Notes: generated by a model from the sequence alone, not told the origin. Shown: positions 37,601 to 52,247, counted from the stretch's first letter. The stretch: DNA of 64,000 nucleotides from Mobula hypostoma (GCF_963921235.1 NC_086097.1:225434001-225498000); one strand, 5' to 3'. Made by a program: numbers and translations.

Positions 37601-39684
37601 CTAATTTTGATTTGATATGACTACTTTATCATTGTACAAATGAATAAATGAACATTCTAACAAACTACCACAATTTTTAACTTGTTTTTCTTGATAGTAC
37701 AGTTTCTTTAATGCTATCTGCCTGTGATGCTGCTGCAGTAAGTCTCTCCATTATACCTGTGCATTTGACAATAATCTCGACTTTGACCAACCAATATCTT
37801 CCCACTATGGTCCTGCTGCATGGGATATATTTTTGTATGATTCCATTCTTACATCTGCTAATATAAATAGCAATGTCATCCTTCTTCCTTTCATCTTCAG
37901 TGTTAGACTTGCATCCTTTTCCACATCGATACTCTGCCTCATGAGTTTGTCATCACAGCATCAGTGCCAGTTCACTGACCACCTCAATTTCACACACTCT
38001 GCTCCAAATTATCACAACTTCTGCAGTCTCAGCTCTTTTGGCAACTGGGATATTTGAAGCCAGCCTAAATCTGGTCCTCCAACCTCACAGGTATTTTCTG
38101 CGCAACTGCAAAAGATCTGTTGAACTTCAGCAGGCCGCTGACTATATTACTTTGGTGACCATCAGCACTTGTCTCACTTGCAGCAACTAAAGCATGCTTC
38201 CCAGGCAGATTGACAGTGAAACTCTCTTAGAGGACCATAGGGTCAGGGAGGACTCCTACTTTTGCTGGCTTAATTAATCTGTTTATTAGGATGGCCACTC
38301 CCCCCCATTGTTAGTGGTCATTATTTAGTAAGCAAATGGAAGAAGAACCCTCACTGGACCAGGCCTCACAGCTGAAAGATAATTTTGCTGGGCGAATTTA
38401 CATTCAGAGGTAGTCCTGCTCTCTTGCGGCTCCAGGTTAAGTTTGGTCCTCATCTCCAGCACTATCTGTGTGGAGTTTGCATGCTTGCTTTCAGAGAATG
38501 TATGGGTTTTCCCCAGGACTTCTGGTCTCACCCCACTCCACTCCCCCACCCCCACAATGTTCCGTCTTTGCTATTAAACTATGTACTATATTGAAATACT
38601 GGAATATGACATGTTCATTTTACAGCATTTATTAATGTGTCCTCTCAGAGAAGAAGATTTGTGTATAGGGTTCTAGGTCTGCGTTCCATTTTATTATTAA
38701 GTAACAAAAGACATGTTGTTTCAAGTATTAATCAGCTCCTGAAAATTATACCTCAGGTGGGTAGCAGGAAAATCAAAGGGGGGGGGTTAATGTATATCTG
38801 AGATATAATAGATTAAGAGGAAATGCAGTAAGTAAGGGAGTGGGATTTCTGAGGGCAGAATGGCCTCCTTTTGAGTTATAAAGAAATGCGATATAAAGGG
38901 CCTGATACTTGTTTGAAAACTGAGTACAAATTTACAGTAACCTGCAGATCTTCTCTAATATCCACATTTATTGCTTGAGCAGAGTCTACAACATGTATCA
39001 GTTTCATCTTGTATTTTCTTAATCTTGTGCAATAGCACAGTGGTCATGAAACAAAGAGACCAATAGCATAGCTGCTAATATCTTGTGACCAATTAATTAC
39101 CGGATCCTGATTTATGAACCAACTCTGACAAGGAATCTGACCTCCATCCTACTAAATGATAAAATGGAACACAGACTCAGAAGGACTTAAGGGGCCAACA
39201 CACAAATCTTCACCCATGGGAGGACAAGTTAATAAATGCTGTAAAGAGAACATATGGTATCTCAGGATTTCAAAATACGACATAGAGTTTAATAGCAAAG
39301 AGGAAATACTAACTCCATACAAATCATTGGAATGTCTTGGGGGCAGATTGAAGATGTTGCACACATTTCAGTCACATTTAACTGTTATCTGCCTCAAACA
39401 ACCCACCCATAACCCCTTGCTCTTGTGGTCCCCCAGCATCACTCACCTTCCAAATGGAGGAAAGAGAATTGCAGCTATTTCAGACTTTATTACTGATTTT
39501 CAAATGCATGGCCAAGCAAGGAACTAAGGTTAGTGCAGCGCTGAGGACCAAAATATTATTGTTTTATCAAATGGACTTTGGATGATTGCAGTTCTTGTTG
39601 GTTACCCAGTTTGCAATCACAACTACATACCTACTGTACTGTGCCTAAACTGTATTTGACAATACATTTACCAAATCATAAGAC

Positions 39685-41155
39685 AATAATATACAGGAAC
39701 AGAATTAGGCCATTAGGCCCATCAAGTTTTCTCTCCCATTTCATCATGGCTGATCCAACTTTCCTCTCTCCCCCAATCTCCTGCCTTCTTCCCATATCCC
39801 TTCATGCCCTGACCATCCAAGACTTATCAACCTCAGCCTTAAATATACATAAAGACTTGACCTCTACAGCTGCCTTTGGCAATGAATTCCAGATTCAACA
39901 CTGACAGCCTAAAGAAATTGCTCCTCATCTCCATTCTAAAAGTACACCCCTCTATTCTGGGGCTGTGTCATTTGGTCTCAGACTCTCCCACAGGAAACAT
40001 CCTCTTCACATCTTCTCTATCAGGGTCTTTCTTCATTCGATAGGTTTCAATGAGGTCACCCCTCATTCTTCTGAGTACACAAACAGAGCCGTCAAATGCT
40101 CTTCATATGAAGAGCCATTCAATCCTGGAATCAATTTCATGAACCTCCTTTGAACCCCTTATCCAATTTCAGCACATCCTTTCCAAGATAAGGGACCCCA
40201 AACTATTCATAATACTTCAAGTGAGGCCTCACCAGTGCATTACAAAGTCTCAACATTACATCATTGCTTTTATATTCTAGTCCGCTCGAAATGAATGCCA
40301 ACATTGCATTTGCCTTCCACACCACAGACTCAACTTGCAAATTAACATTTGAATCCTTGTGCAAGGTTCATTAAAAGTCCCTTTGTGCCTCAATGTTTTT
40401 TTGTATTTCTCTCCATTTAGAAAATAGTGTACCCTTTCATTTCTTCTACCAAAGTGCATGACCAAAATTTCCTGACACTGTCACTTCTTTGCTCATTCTC
40501 TTAATCTGTCTAAGTCCTTCTCTTGCCTCTCTACTTCCTCAAAACTACCTACCCCCACCTATCTTCCTAGCACCTGCAACCTTTGCAACAAAGCCATCAA
40601 TTCCATCATTCAAATCATTGACGTATAATGTAAAAGAACTGGTCCCACCCATATGGAACACTACTAGTCACTGGCAGCCAACCAGAAAAGGCTACCTTTA
40701 TTTGCACTCTTTGCCTCCTGCCAAGCAGCCACTGCTTTATCCGTGCTAGAATCTTCCCTGTACCATCAGGGATCATAGCTTTTTAAGCAGCCTTCTGCCT
40801 CTCTCTTCGTGAAGAGTCCAGTGATATTTGCATCTTTCTGGTCTTCCAAAACCATACCACAATCTAGTGATTCTTAAAAGATCATTGCTACTGCTGTCAC
40901 AATTTCTTCAGCCACCCCTTTCAGAATCCTGGAATATACACCCTCTGGTCCAGATGACTTATCTACCTTCAGACCTTTCAGTTTCCCAAGAACCTTCTCT
41001 CAGTAATGGTAATTTCACATACTTGAAACTTCCAACAAGCTGATAGTGTCTTCTAGACTGATGCAAAATACTTATGCAGTTCATCTACCATTACCTTGCC
41101 CCCTATTACTACTTCATCATCATTTTCCAGTGCTCTGATATCCACTCACCTCTTA
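39685..41155 (-). mobile_element. Degenerate CR1 copy
   Basis: CR1 3' UTR at the left end; VMHFGRRN and other RT remnants on the minus strand. Confidence 0.8.
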
Positions 41156-41160
41156 CACTT

Positions 41161-43610
41161 CAGAATCAGAATCAGGTTTATTATCACCAACATGTGACAT
41201 GAAATTTGTTGAACTGCTGCTGCTAAGTTAATATAGAACACAACATAATATAGAATAAAAAATAAAATGGAACAATAATAATAATAAGTAAATCAATTAC
41301 AGTATATGCATATAGAATAGATTAAAAATGTGCAAAAGAAAGAAATAATTTTGTTTAAAAAAGTGAGGTAGTGTCCAAGGATTCAATGTCCATTTAGGAA
41401 TTGGATAGCAGAGGGAAAGAAGCTGTTCCTGAATTGCTGAGTGTGCCTTTAGGCCTGATGGCAACAGTGAGACAAAGGCATGCCCTGGGTGCTGAAAGTC
41501 TATAATAATGGACGCTGCCTTTCTGAGACACCGCTTCCTGAAGATGTCCTGGGCACTTTGTAGGCGAGTGCCCAAGATGGAGCTGACTAGATTTACAACC
41601 TTCTGCAGCTTCTTTTGGTCCTGTGCAGTAGCCCCTCCATACCAGACAGTGATGCAGCCTGTCAGAATGCTCTCCACGGTACAACTATAGAAGTTTGAGT
41701 GTACAGTATTTGTTGACATGCCAAATCACTTCAAACTCCTAATAAAGTATAGCCATTGTCTTGTTTTCTTTATAACTACATTGTTACGTTGGGACCAGCT
41801 TAGACCGTCAGAGCTCTTGACATCCAGGAACGTAAAACTGCTCACTCTCTCCACTTCTGATCCCTCTATGAGGACTGGTATATGTTCCTTCGTCTTACCC
41901 TTCCTGAAGTCCATAATCAGCTCTTTCGTCTTACTGATGTTGAGTGCCAGGTTGTTACTTGTGGCACCTTTCCACTAGTTGGCATATCTCACTCCTGTAC
42001 ACCCTCTCGTCACCACCTGAGATTATACCAACAATGGCTGTTTTGTCAGCAAATTTATAGACGGTATTTGAGCTATACCTAGGTGGGCTAAGCACACACC
42101 TCTGAGGTGCGCCAGTGTAGATGGTCAGCGAGGATGATATGTTATCACTAATTCACACAGATTGTGGGATTCCGGTTTGGAAGATGAGGATCCAATTGCA
42201 GAGGGAGGTACAGAATCCGAGGTTCTGCAACTTATCAATCAGGATTGTGGGAATGATGGTATTAAATGCTGAGCTATAGTCAATGAATGGCATCCTGACA
42301 TAGGTGTTTGTCTTGTCCAGGTGGTCTACAGCCACATGGAGAGTCATTGAGATTGTGTCTGCCATTGAGCTAATGTGGCGATTGGCAAATTGCAATGGGT
42401 CCAGGTCCTTGCTGAGGCAGGAGTTCAGTCTATTCATAACCAGCCTCTCAAGGCATTTCATCACTGCAGATGTGAATGCTACTGGGCGATAGTCACTAAA
42501 GCAGCCCACATTATTCTTCTTAGTGTTACATACCCCGTAACTGGGTTGCCAAACCAGCAGAAATGGATCACTCAGTTGGAGACTGGATTACTAGAACTAA
42601 GAAAGTTTTATTAAAGAAACAAGCAACACAGTACTCTAATCAAAAGGATAATGAATGCAACAGTTCAGCAATGATAAACATACATGTACACTGAATTAAG
42701 ATAACAGTTTCAATCAAGCTCTATCGTTGTCTAGGGGTAAATGACCAGTTTCAAAGTGACACAAAGTTCAGTTCAATTTAGTTCAGTTCGCAGTAATCGC
42801 TGCCGTGGCGATGGACAGTGGGGGGGGAAGGAGAGAGAGCAAAACAAATGAGTATTCAAAATGACTTCCACACAGACCTTCGCAGTCAGCTTTCGGGCGA
42901 GTCCTTTGTGATGTCATCTGAGGTCACCGACCGTGACCCCTCCATTTCCAGATACGATCGTTTCCCTGCGGTGAACCTGGCATTCAGGCAAGGGTGGACA
43001 CACACCAGCTTCCTGCTGATCGTGCCTTTCCACCCTGTGCGTTTATGGCCCGGTACTTCCCACCAACTTGTGAGAGACACACTGCTTCCAGGGTCTCCTT
43101 ACCTCGGGTGTCGTGTGTGTGTCTTAGCGAACCTGTCCCTTTTTATCCCCCTGCTGGGGTATTGCCTGTCCATCACTTCAAACAGTTCAGGGTTCAAAGG
43201 GGGAGCTGAACTTGACAGCTCTCCTTCCTTCATTAACATCTCCAAATGCTGCTCCATTGTTTTCCTTATCTCTCTCTCTCTCTCCTGAAGACAGGTGGCA
43301 GACCAACTGCTGATTCCACTGGTGCCAGCCCAGGCCAGCTACATCTTAATCTATGTGTATTCTTGTCATATTAGGCACTGCCTTTTTGAAGCAAGTGGGA
43401 ACTTTCGCCCATAGCAGTGAGAGGTTGAAAATGTCCTTGAATACTCCCGCTAGTTGGTTAGCACAGGTTTTCAAAACCTTACCAAGTACTCCATCGGGAC
43501 CTTCCACCTTGCTAGGGTTCACCCTCCTGAAAGACAGCCTAACATCAGCCTTTGAGAGAGATTAGTGTCTTCAGGTGCAGCAGGGATCTTCATAGTTGTA
43601 GTTGTGTTCT
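41161..43610 (-). mobile_element. Rex1/Babar-type LINE split by a solo LTR
   Basis: DYRPVAFTSAVMKCLERLV, FIDYSSAFNTI, LCNWI; the host sequence continues at 43371. Confidence 0.88.
42524..43370 (-). mobile_element. Solo LTR (847 bp)
   Basis: TGTTACA...TGTCATA ends; 4-bp TSD TTAG; cleanly interrupts the Rex element. Strand is tentative. Confidence 0.8.
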
Positions 43611-43689
43611 TGTAAAAACTAACAGAAGGCAACAAAAAATTTCAATAGGTTCAGTAGGTTTACTTAATGTCAGAGAAATGCGTGCAATA

Positions 43690-45167
43690 CAGGTGTACCC
43701 CGCTTTTCGAACGTTCGCTTTATGAAACCTCACTGTTACGAAAAACCTACATTAGTACCCTGTTTTCACTTTCAGAAGGTGTTTTCACTGTTACGAAAAA
43801 AAGTCAGCACATGATAAAAGGCAGCACGCGCCCCAAGCAGCCGCTCTGCCCCGGATTCGGAACAGCATTGCTTAAACACGTTGGATTGAGCTGCCGTTAG
43901 CAAGATGAGTTCTAAGGTATCGGAAAAGCCTGAAAGAGCTTGTAAAGGTGTTACACTTAGTGTAAAACTAGACATACAAGTGTTTCGATCATGGTGAACG
44001 AAGTAAGGACTAAGTGAGTTTGGCTTGTGGAAGCTGATGAAGATGATGTTGAAGAGGTTTTGGCATCCCATGACCAAAAACTGATAGATGAAGAGCTGAT
44101 GCAATTGGAAGAGGAAAGGATAACCATCGAAACCGAATGCAGTAGCGAAAGTGAAGCAACTGTGTGTGATTTTCGCTGCAATGATAAAGTACAACTAATT
44201 TTGAAAGGGTACGTAGGTTTGGGAATATTTGCAGGATGGTTTGAGTGCTTACAAAGAACTGTATGATAGAAAAATGCACGAGGCTCAGCAGTCAAGCAAG
44301 CCTTCCATATCAGCCACAGCAGATGACAAACCTCTACCTTCGACATCGAGGCGAGCAGTCATAGGAGAAGATGAGCTGCCTGCCCTGATCGACGATGAGA
44401 TGACACCCCCGTGTTCCACCACCCCAACCCCCAGACAGATACTGTACCGATTCGCGGAGAATGCAGCGGTAGCCGGGAGGCACACAGCACATCTTTAAGA
44501 AAAAAGCTGAAATAAACATGCTAATTAATTAGGTGCTGCTGACATTTACGTGCCAGAAGCACCTAATTAATTAGCCTGTTTATTTCAGCTTTTTTCTTAA
44601 AGATGTGCTGTATGCTTCCCGGCTACCGCTGTGTTCTTCGCGGCAATGTATCGGGTCGGCGGCCCGGAAGGTGGGGGCCACTGCACCACCCCAACCTGCG
44701 ACAACTCAGCCTAACACACCATCATCAGTGTGCTCAACACTGTTTTCCCAATTCCAGTAAATGATACTACACCGTACACACATTATTTCTACTTTATATA
44801 GGCTGTATATTTTTACATGTTATTTGGTAGATTTGGCAGCTTCATAGTTTAAAGGTTACTGGAGAGCATGTTTATGCCAACAGCGCTTGTGTGAGATTTT
44901 CACTACGGAGATCTGTGCAGGCAATCGTTGTAGAGAAGTATTTCTACTTTTATATAGGCTGTGTATTTATCATATCATTCCTGCTTTTACTATATGTTAC
45001 TGTTATTTTAGGTTTTATAGGTTATTTGGTAGGTTATTTTTGGGTCTGCGAACACTCACAAAATTTTCCCATATAAATAAATGATAATTGCTTCTTCGCT
45101 TTATGACATTCTGGCTTATGAACAATTTCATAGGAATGCTCTACCTTTGTATGGCGGGGGAAACCTG
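43690..45167 (+). mobile_element. Tigger/pogo-type non-autonomous DNA transposon
   Basis: TA TSD; TIRs caggtgtaccccgc / gcgggggaaacctg; transposase remnant DEDDVEEVLASHDQKLIDEELMQLEEE. Confidence 0.88.
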
Positions 45168-45979
45168 TATACATCCTGAAATTCTTTTTCTTTGCAAACA
45201 TCCACGAAAACAGAGGAGTGACCCAAGGAAAGAAGAATAGTTAAACGTTAGAACCCCAAGCCCTTCCCCAGCACAAGCAGCAGCAAGGCAACAATCCACC
45301 CCCGCCCTTCCACACACAAAAAAGCATCATCACCCTGCACCAAGCACTCAAGCCTGCAGCAAAGCATCAATAAAGGTAGACTTGCAGCATTCCAAAAACT
45401 ACTCGTTCACCCGATAATTTGACGTACCACATTCACTCTTTCTCCCCCCCAATGGGAGCAAGAAGTGTCCCTGTTTCATAGCGAGAGAGGAGATACAACA
45501 AACAGCTCGCTGATTTGTGATGTTAAAAGTCTGTTGCATTGCTTTTTCCGAGCTCTGCTCCCAGAGAATCTGTCCTGAAAAGGCTCTGGTCTCTGGATAC
45601 ACAGCTCCTGATGTTGTGTTCTCCCGCGACGCAGTAGTCAGGGGTACCGGCCTCAAATCAGTCCTTCTCTAGAGCCATGAAAATCCAGCACCCTGAAGGC
45701 CCACATGTCTTCCAGGCCATGCCCTTGGCATGTCAAAAAGCACCAGTTGTGAGCCCAAGAGCAGGTGTCATTCACACAAAGAACTAAAGTCAGAGTGTAA
45801 CTGCAGGTCAGGGTCTTCGAAAGAGCCTTAAAAAAAAACATATCAAAGATAGAAGTAGAGCTGTTTCTGAAGATGCAAGAAAAGGAGTTGCTGTTTATTG
45901 CCGTCTTAACTTTGCTCCGCCCTCCAATGTCCAACTAACAAGTTTCCCACTAATATGTCAGTATCATTTGAGTAGTACA

Positions 45980-46435
45980 ATACCACAAGGCATAGGAGCA
46001 GAATTAGACCATCTGGCCCATCGAGTCTGCTCCAATTATGGCTGATCCTTTTTTTACCTCCTTCTCAACCCGAGTTCCTGGCCCTCTCCCCATAACCTTT
46101 GATGTCATGTCCAATCAAGAACCTATCAATCGCTGCCTTAAATACACCCAACGACCTGGCCTCCACAGCTGCATGTGGCAGCAAATTCCACAAATTTACC
46201 ACATTTGGCTACAGAAATTTCTCGGCATCTGTTTTGAAAGGGCGCCCTTCTATCCTGAGGCTGTGCCCTCTTGCCCGCGACTCTCCCACCATGGGAAACA
46301 TCCTTTCTACATCCACTCTGTCTAGGCCTTTCAATATTCGAAACGTTTCAATGAGATCCCCCCTCATCCTTCTGAATTCCAGCGAGTACAGACCCAGAGC
46401 TATCAAACATTCCTTGTATAATAGCTCTTTCATTC
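45980..46435 (-). mobile_element. CR1 3' fragment
   Basis: LGLYSLEFRRMRGDLIETFRILKGLDRVD. Confidence 0.85.
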
Positions 46436-46594
46436 CTTGTAAATATATTGTTTGATTACATATTGTTTGTTTCTGTAATTCATTATGGGTTATATGCAAG
46501 AAGCAGATGAATGGTAGTCCTGGGCTGGATGTCCTGCTCACCTGAGGGAAGTGAAGCCTTTCATTTCCAGGTGTAGTGACCGCTGCAGGGCCAC

Positions 46595-49500
46595 TGTTTG
46601 GCTTGCCATATGGCCTTGCATATGGCCTCTCCAGAGGATATTGATGGGCTCACAGAGTGCATCACTGATTACGTCAACTTCTGTGTGGATTGCAATGTTC
46701 TGACAAGAACTGTCCTTTGTTATTCAAATAACAAGCCATGGGTAGCAAACGATATTAAGGACATAGATTCAGGATCAGATCCTGTGGATTGGAGGGTGGC
46801 TAATGTTGTCTCTCTCTTCAAGAAGGGAGGAAGAGAGAAAACAGGGAATTACAGACCGGTGGTGGGAAAGATGCTAGAGTCCATTATAAAAGATGAAATT
46901 ACAACACATCTGGATAGCAGTAACAGGATAAGTCTGAGTCAGCATGAATCTACAAAGGAGAAATTGTGCTTGACTAATCTTCTGGAATTTTTTGGAACTA
47001 TGAAAATGGACAAGCGAGAGCCTGTGGATGTAGTGTACCTGGACTTTCAGAAAGCCTTTGATAAAGTCCCACATAGGAGATTAGTGGACAAAATTAGGGC
47101 ACCTGGTATTGGGGGCAGAGTACTGACATGGATTGAAAATTGGCTGGCTGACAAAAAACAAAGAGTAGCGATTAACGGGTCCCTTTCGGAATGGCAGGCA
47201 GTGACCAGTGGGGTACCACAGGATTCAGTGCTGGGACTGCAGCTGTTTACAATATATATAAATTAATGATTTAGATAAGGGAATTAAAAGTAACATTAGC
47301 AAATTTGCCAATGACACAAAGCTGGGTGGCAGTGTGAAATGTGAGGAGGATGTTATGAGAATGCAGGGTGACTTAGACAGGCTGGGTGAGTGGGCAGACA
47401 CATGGCAGATGTAGTTTACTGTGGATAAATGTGAGGTTATCCACTTTGGTGGTAAGAACAGGAAGGCAGATTATCTAAATGGAGTCAAGTTAGGAAAAGG
47501 GGAAGTATGAGGAGATCTAGGTGTTCTTGTACATCAGTCACTGAAAGCAAGTATGTAGGTACAGCAGGCAGTGAAGAAAGCTAATGGCATGCTGGCCTTC
47601 ATAACAAGGGGAATTGAGTACAAGAGCAAAGAGGTCCTTCTGCAGCTGTACAGGGCCCTGGTGAGACCACACCTGGAGTACTGTGTGCAGTTTTGGTCTC
47701 CAAATTTGAGGAAGGACATTCTTGCTATTGAGGGAGTGCAGGGTAGGTTCACAAGGTTAATTCCCGGGATGGCGGGACTGTCATATGTCGAAAGATTGGA
47801 GCAACTGGGCTTGTATACTCTGGAATTTAGAAGGCTGAGAGGGGATCTTATTAAAACACAAGATTATTAGGGGATTGGCACACTGGAGGCAGGAAGCATG
47901 TTCCCGCTGATGGGTGAGTCCAGAACCAGAGGCCACAGTTTAAGAATAAGGGGTAGACAATTTAGAACGGAGTGGAGGAAAAACTTTTTCACCCAGAGAG
48001 TGGTGGATATATGGAATGTTCTGCCCCAGAAGGCTGTGGAGGCCAAGTCTCTGGATGCTTTCAAGGAAGAGATGGATAGAGCTCTTAAAGATAGCAGAAT
48101 CAAAGGTTATGGGGATAAGGCAGGAACTGGATACTGACTGTGGATGATCAGCAATGATCACAGTGAATGGTGGTGCTGGCTCAGAGGGCTGAATGGCCTA
48201 CTCCTGCACCTATTGTCTATTGTCTGTTGACATCCTGAACACTAAAAAGAGGGCGTTTAGAGATGGAAATAGGGAGGAGCCGAGGGAAATACAGAGGGAC
48301 CTGAAAGCCAGGATCAGGGAGGTTAAAGACAGGTATAGGAGGAAGCTTGAGTGGAAACTCCAGCAGAACAACATGGGAGAGGTCTGGAGCAGGATGAGAA
48401 CCATCACTGGGTACCGGCAAACTAGCAACAGAGGAGCTGAAGGCAGTGTGGACAGGGCCAACGAACTTAACCTGTTCTTTAACAGATTTGACATTGTGGC
48501 CCCTGCCCATCCCCCACAAGTCATCTGCTGGCGGCCCCCAACCAACACACATTCTACTCTCCCCTCCTACCCCTCCTCACAGTCCCCCACCCTGCTCTCA
48601 TGACTATACCCCTTCCCCACATGAAAACCACCACGCTGGGCTTCGCAGCTGAACAGGTGAGAAGACAGCTGAAACGTCTGAACCCAAGCAAGGCTGCAGG
48701 ACCGGATGGGGTCAGTACCAGGGTGCTCAAAACCTGTGCCCCTCAGCTATGTGGAGTACTTCGCCATGTATTCGACCTGAGCCTGAGGCTCCGGAGGGTT
48801 CCCGTGCTGTGGAAGACATCCTGCCTCGTCCCTGTGCCGAAGACGCCGCGCCCCAGCGGCCTCAATGGCTACAGACCGGTGGCATTGACCTCCCACATCA
48901 TGGAGACCCTGGAGAGACTTGTTCTGGAACTGCTCCGGCCCATGGTCAGGCCACACTTAGATCCCCTCCAGTTCACCTATCAGCCCTGACTAGGAGTTGA
49001 GGATGCCATCGTCTACCTGCTGAACCAAGTCTACGCCCACCTGGACAAGCCAGCGAGCACTGTGAGGGTCATGTTTTTTGACTTCTCCAGTGCGTTCAAC
49101 ACCATCCACCCTGCTCTGCTGGGGGAGAAGCTGACAGCGATGCAAGTGAATGCTTTCCTGGGGTTATGGATTCTTGATTACCTGACTGGCAGATCACAGT
49201 ACGTGTGCTTGCAACACTGTGTGTCCGACAGAGTGATCAGCAGCACTGGGGCTCCACAGGGGACTGTCTTGTCTCCCTTTCTCTTCACCATTTACACCTC
49301 AGACTTCAACTACTGCACAGAGTCTTGTCATCTTCTGAAGTTTTCGGATGACTCTGCCATAGTTGGATGCATCAGCAAGGGAGGTGAGGCTGAATACAGG
49401 TCTACGATAGGAAACTTTGTCACATGGTGTGAGCAGAATTATCTGCAGCTTAATGTGAAAAAGACTAAGGAGCTGGTGGTAGACCTGAGGAGAGCTAAGG

Positions 49501-50180
49501 CACCGGTGACCCCTGTTTCCATCCAGGTGGTCAGTGTGGACATGGTGGAGGATTACAAATACCTGGGGATATGAACTGACAATAAACTGGACTGGTCAAA
49601 GAACACTGAGGCTGTCTACAAGAAGGGTCAGAGCCATCTCTATTTCCTGAGGAGACTGAGGTCCTTTAACATCCACTGGATGATGCTGAGGATGTTCTAC
49701 GAGTCTGTGGTGGCCAGTGCGATCATGTTTGCTGTTGTGTGCTGGGGCAGCAGGCTGAGGGTAGCAGACACCAACAGAATCAACAAACTCATTCGTAAGG
49801 CCAGTGATGCTGTGGGGATGGAAATGGACTCTCTGACGGTGGTGTATGAAAATAGGATACTGTCCAAGTTGCATGCCATCTCTCATCCACTACATAATGG
49901 ACTGGTTGGGCACAGGAGTACATTCAGCCAGAGACTCATTTCACCGAGATGCAACACAGAGCGTCATAGGAAGTCATTCCTGCCTGTGGCCATCAAACTT
50001 TACAACTCCTCCCTTGGAGGGTCAGACACCCTGAGCCAATAGGCTGGTGTTGGACTTATTTCCTGACATAATTTACATCTTACTATTTAATTATTTATGG
50101 TTTTATCACTATTTAATTAAGGTGCAACTGTAACAAAAACCAATTTCCCTTGGGATCAATAAAGTATGACTATGACTACA
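46595..50180 (+). mobile_element. Rex1/Babar LINE with nested CR1
   Basis: NNKPWV, KAAGPDG, YRPVALTSH, FFDFSSAFNTI, PQGTVLSPFLF, FSDD; (TGACTA)n tail. Confidence 0.92.
46765..48228 (+). mobile_element. 5'-truncated CR1 nested in Rex
   Basis: CR1 RT motifs; (TATTGTC)n tail; TSD GACAT; host frame DIKDI|LNTKKRAF rejoins across it. Confidence 0.92.
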
Positions 50181-50594
50181 CTGTGCCCATACCGATGCCT
50201 TCATGTGGTGTCCCTGTTCTTACTGAGTTTGCTATGCAATGGCGCAACCATGAGTCCAGTAGTGTAACTGGGTAGGGAGGCTGGGCTCATCAGCCTAGGT
50301 TGGCAGCCAGCCTAGGACAACTCGGATTCCAAACCCAGGTAGATGAGACTCGTTGGCCTTGCCGGACAGTCTGTTTAGGGGAAGGAAAACTCCAATACTC
50401 AACCCTTGCAGTCGCCACAGTCATCATGGCTTGCCATGTCATTGTGTACCATCCCCCAGCCTAAAGAGTGGAATTGGTGCATGCACATCGATCCTCACTA
50501 TAAACCTGCGTAGTACAGTCAGGAAGTCCTACAGTGATGGAGTTTTCCCCTGCTGGTCTTCACAAGTGAACAGCCAGCCATCCTCACATGAATG

Positions 50595-51610
50595 GTATAC
50601 ATCATTACGACGCCATGTCATATGTGAATGTTGCACTAATTAAAAACTACATAGACAAATATACCAGCTCTTGTGATTCATTTTTGATTAGTTTCTGGAG
50701 TTACAAAACCAAACAGTGGTGATGAGGAAGTTTTAAAACAAATCCATGATGACTAGGTACCTGTTAAATTGCTGTACGATTTTTTCTTCAGAATGGGAGA
50801 GAGTCTTTGAGGTTAAAGAAAAAGACAGAAAACAGGTGAAATTCCTGGATTCATAAAGAGTGAATACTGGGTGAAAATAATAAATAATTGAAGGAACAGT
50901 AATGACTGGCTACATTGGAATGATAGACAATTTTGACGTGGCTGAATTGAAGAAATTAACTGAGCATTGTCAGTTCAGTGATGGGCTTAATGAGGTACTG
51001 AGAGATCATTTAGTATGTGGAAATGAAGCACAACTCACATTTAAAAGGGCGGTTGAAATCGCTGTATCAATGGAAACAGCAGGCATGAAATGCAGCTGAG
51101 TTGCAGTCAGGAATGAAAGTGAGTGAAAGCAAAATTGCAACAAGTAAACTGAAATCTATCTGGCCAATCAAATTGTGCTTCCATTTTGGCATGGGCTCAC
51201 ACACAGCAGACCAATGCAGATTTAAAGGAAAAACTTGCAGGAAATGCAACAAAGTAGGACTAAAGCATGTTGGGCAGACAAAAATAAATGGACTGCACAG
51301 GGAAGTAGACAAAAAGTCAAACTGCAGCTTCAAAAAGCACTAAACTACAGGCTGCAGATGAAAAATCTGATGAGAATGACACAGAACTGACTAACCTTTA
51401 AGATTTATAGTGTGAAAACTAACAGGAGACAAGCAATAGGCTTACACTAGAAGTGAGAGTGGAAAATTAATTAAAATGGAATTAGACAATGGCTTGGCTG
51501 TTTCAGTTATTCCACAACATGAGCCTGAATGGCATCTCAAAGGCACTAAATGGAATGAAGCCAGCAGATAAAACGTACACTGGCGAAAAGATAACTTTTG
51601 TGGGAAAGAC
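50595..51610 (+). mobile_element. Degenerate Gypsy remnant (LTR end, PBS, gag, protease)
   Basis: ...caaaaccaaaca-gTGGTGATGAGG PBS-like site; ELKKLTEHCQF..LRDHLVCG; CRKCNKVG. Confidence 0.75.
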
Positions 51611-52247
51611 ATTCATAAGATGGCAGTGTGCTTAGTTGCAGTGATGTCAGCCTCCTCAAATCAAGCAAATGTTCTATGATATTGCCAGCAGGAACTTCTG
51701 AATATCAATATCAAATGTATTAAGAGTACTAAGAGTTCTCCGCTCACTCTCACAGAACACATACCATCAGAGATTATAATAATGGGGCAGGTCTGGACAC
51801 CAGCTCCAGCCGGGAGACTGCAGACAGCGCAACTAAAGGAAGGAGAAGTGTGATAAGCAAACTGGGATCCACGTTGGGCTAAAAGCTACAACTTTCAAGC
51901 CTTCACTACCAATGTCTTCATTCCAAACACCTGATCAATCACTAATAAAATGGATGAATTCAGACTGAGACTTGCCACGCAATGGAATTTACTCCACTGA
52001 TCTTCACTGGAACCTGTCTGGGTCATCATGTACTCAATGCAGCTACTGAGCTACCAGGGCACATGGCTTTCCGAGCTGTCAAAACGCAAGGTTCTGGTAA
52101 GGTGGCTTATGCATTACACGAACTCTGTCATCAGTAATAGTCACTACTGTTCCAATCACAAAATAATCTGTAGATGCTGGGATCAAAGTAACACTCACAG
52201 CACACTGGAGGAACTCAGCAGGTCGGGCAGCATTGGTGGAAACGATG

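Noticed and set aside
36740..42070. Long inverted repeat formed by two Rex copies
   Set aside because: Best explained as independent insertions of an abundant family in opposite orientations.
46598..47266. 222-aa ORF fusing Rex and CR1 peptides
   Set aside because: Chance in-frame read-through across a nested insertion that has its own GACAT TSD.
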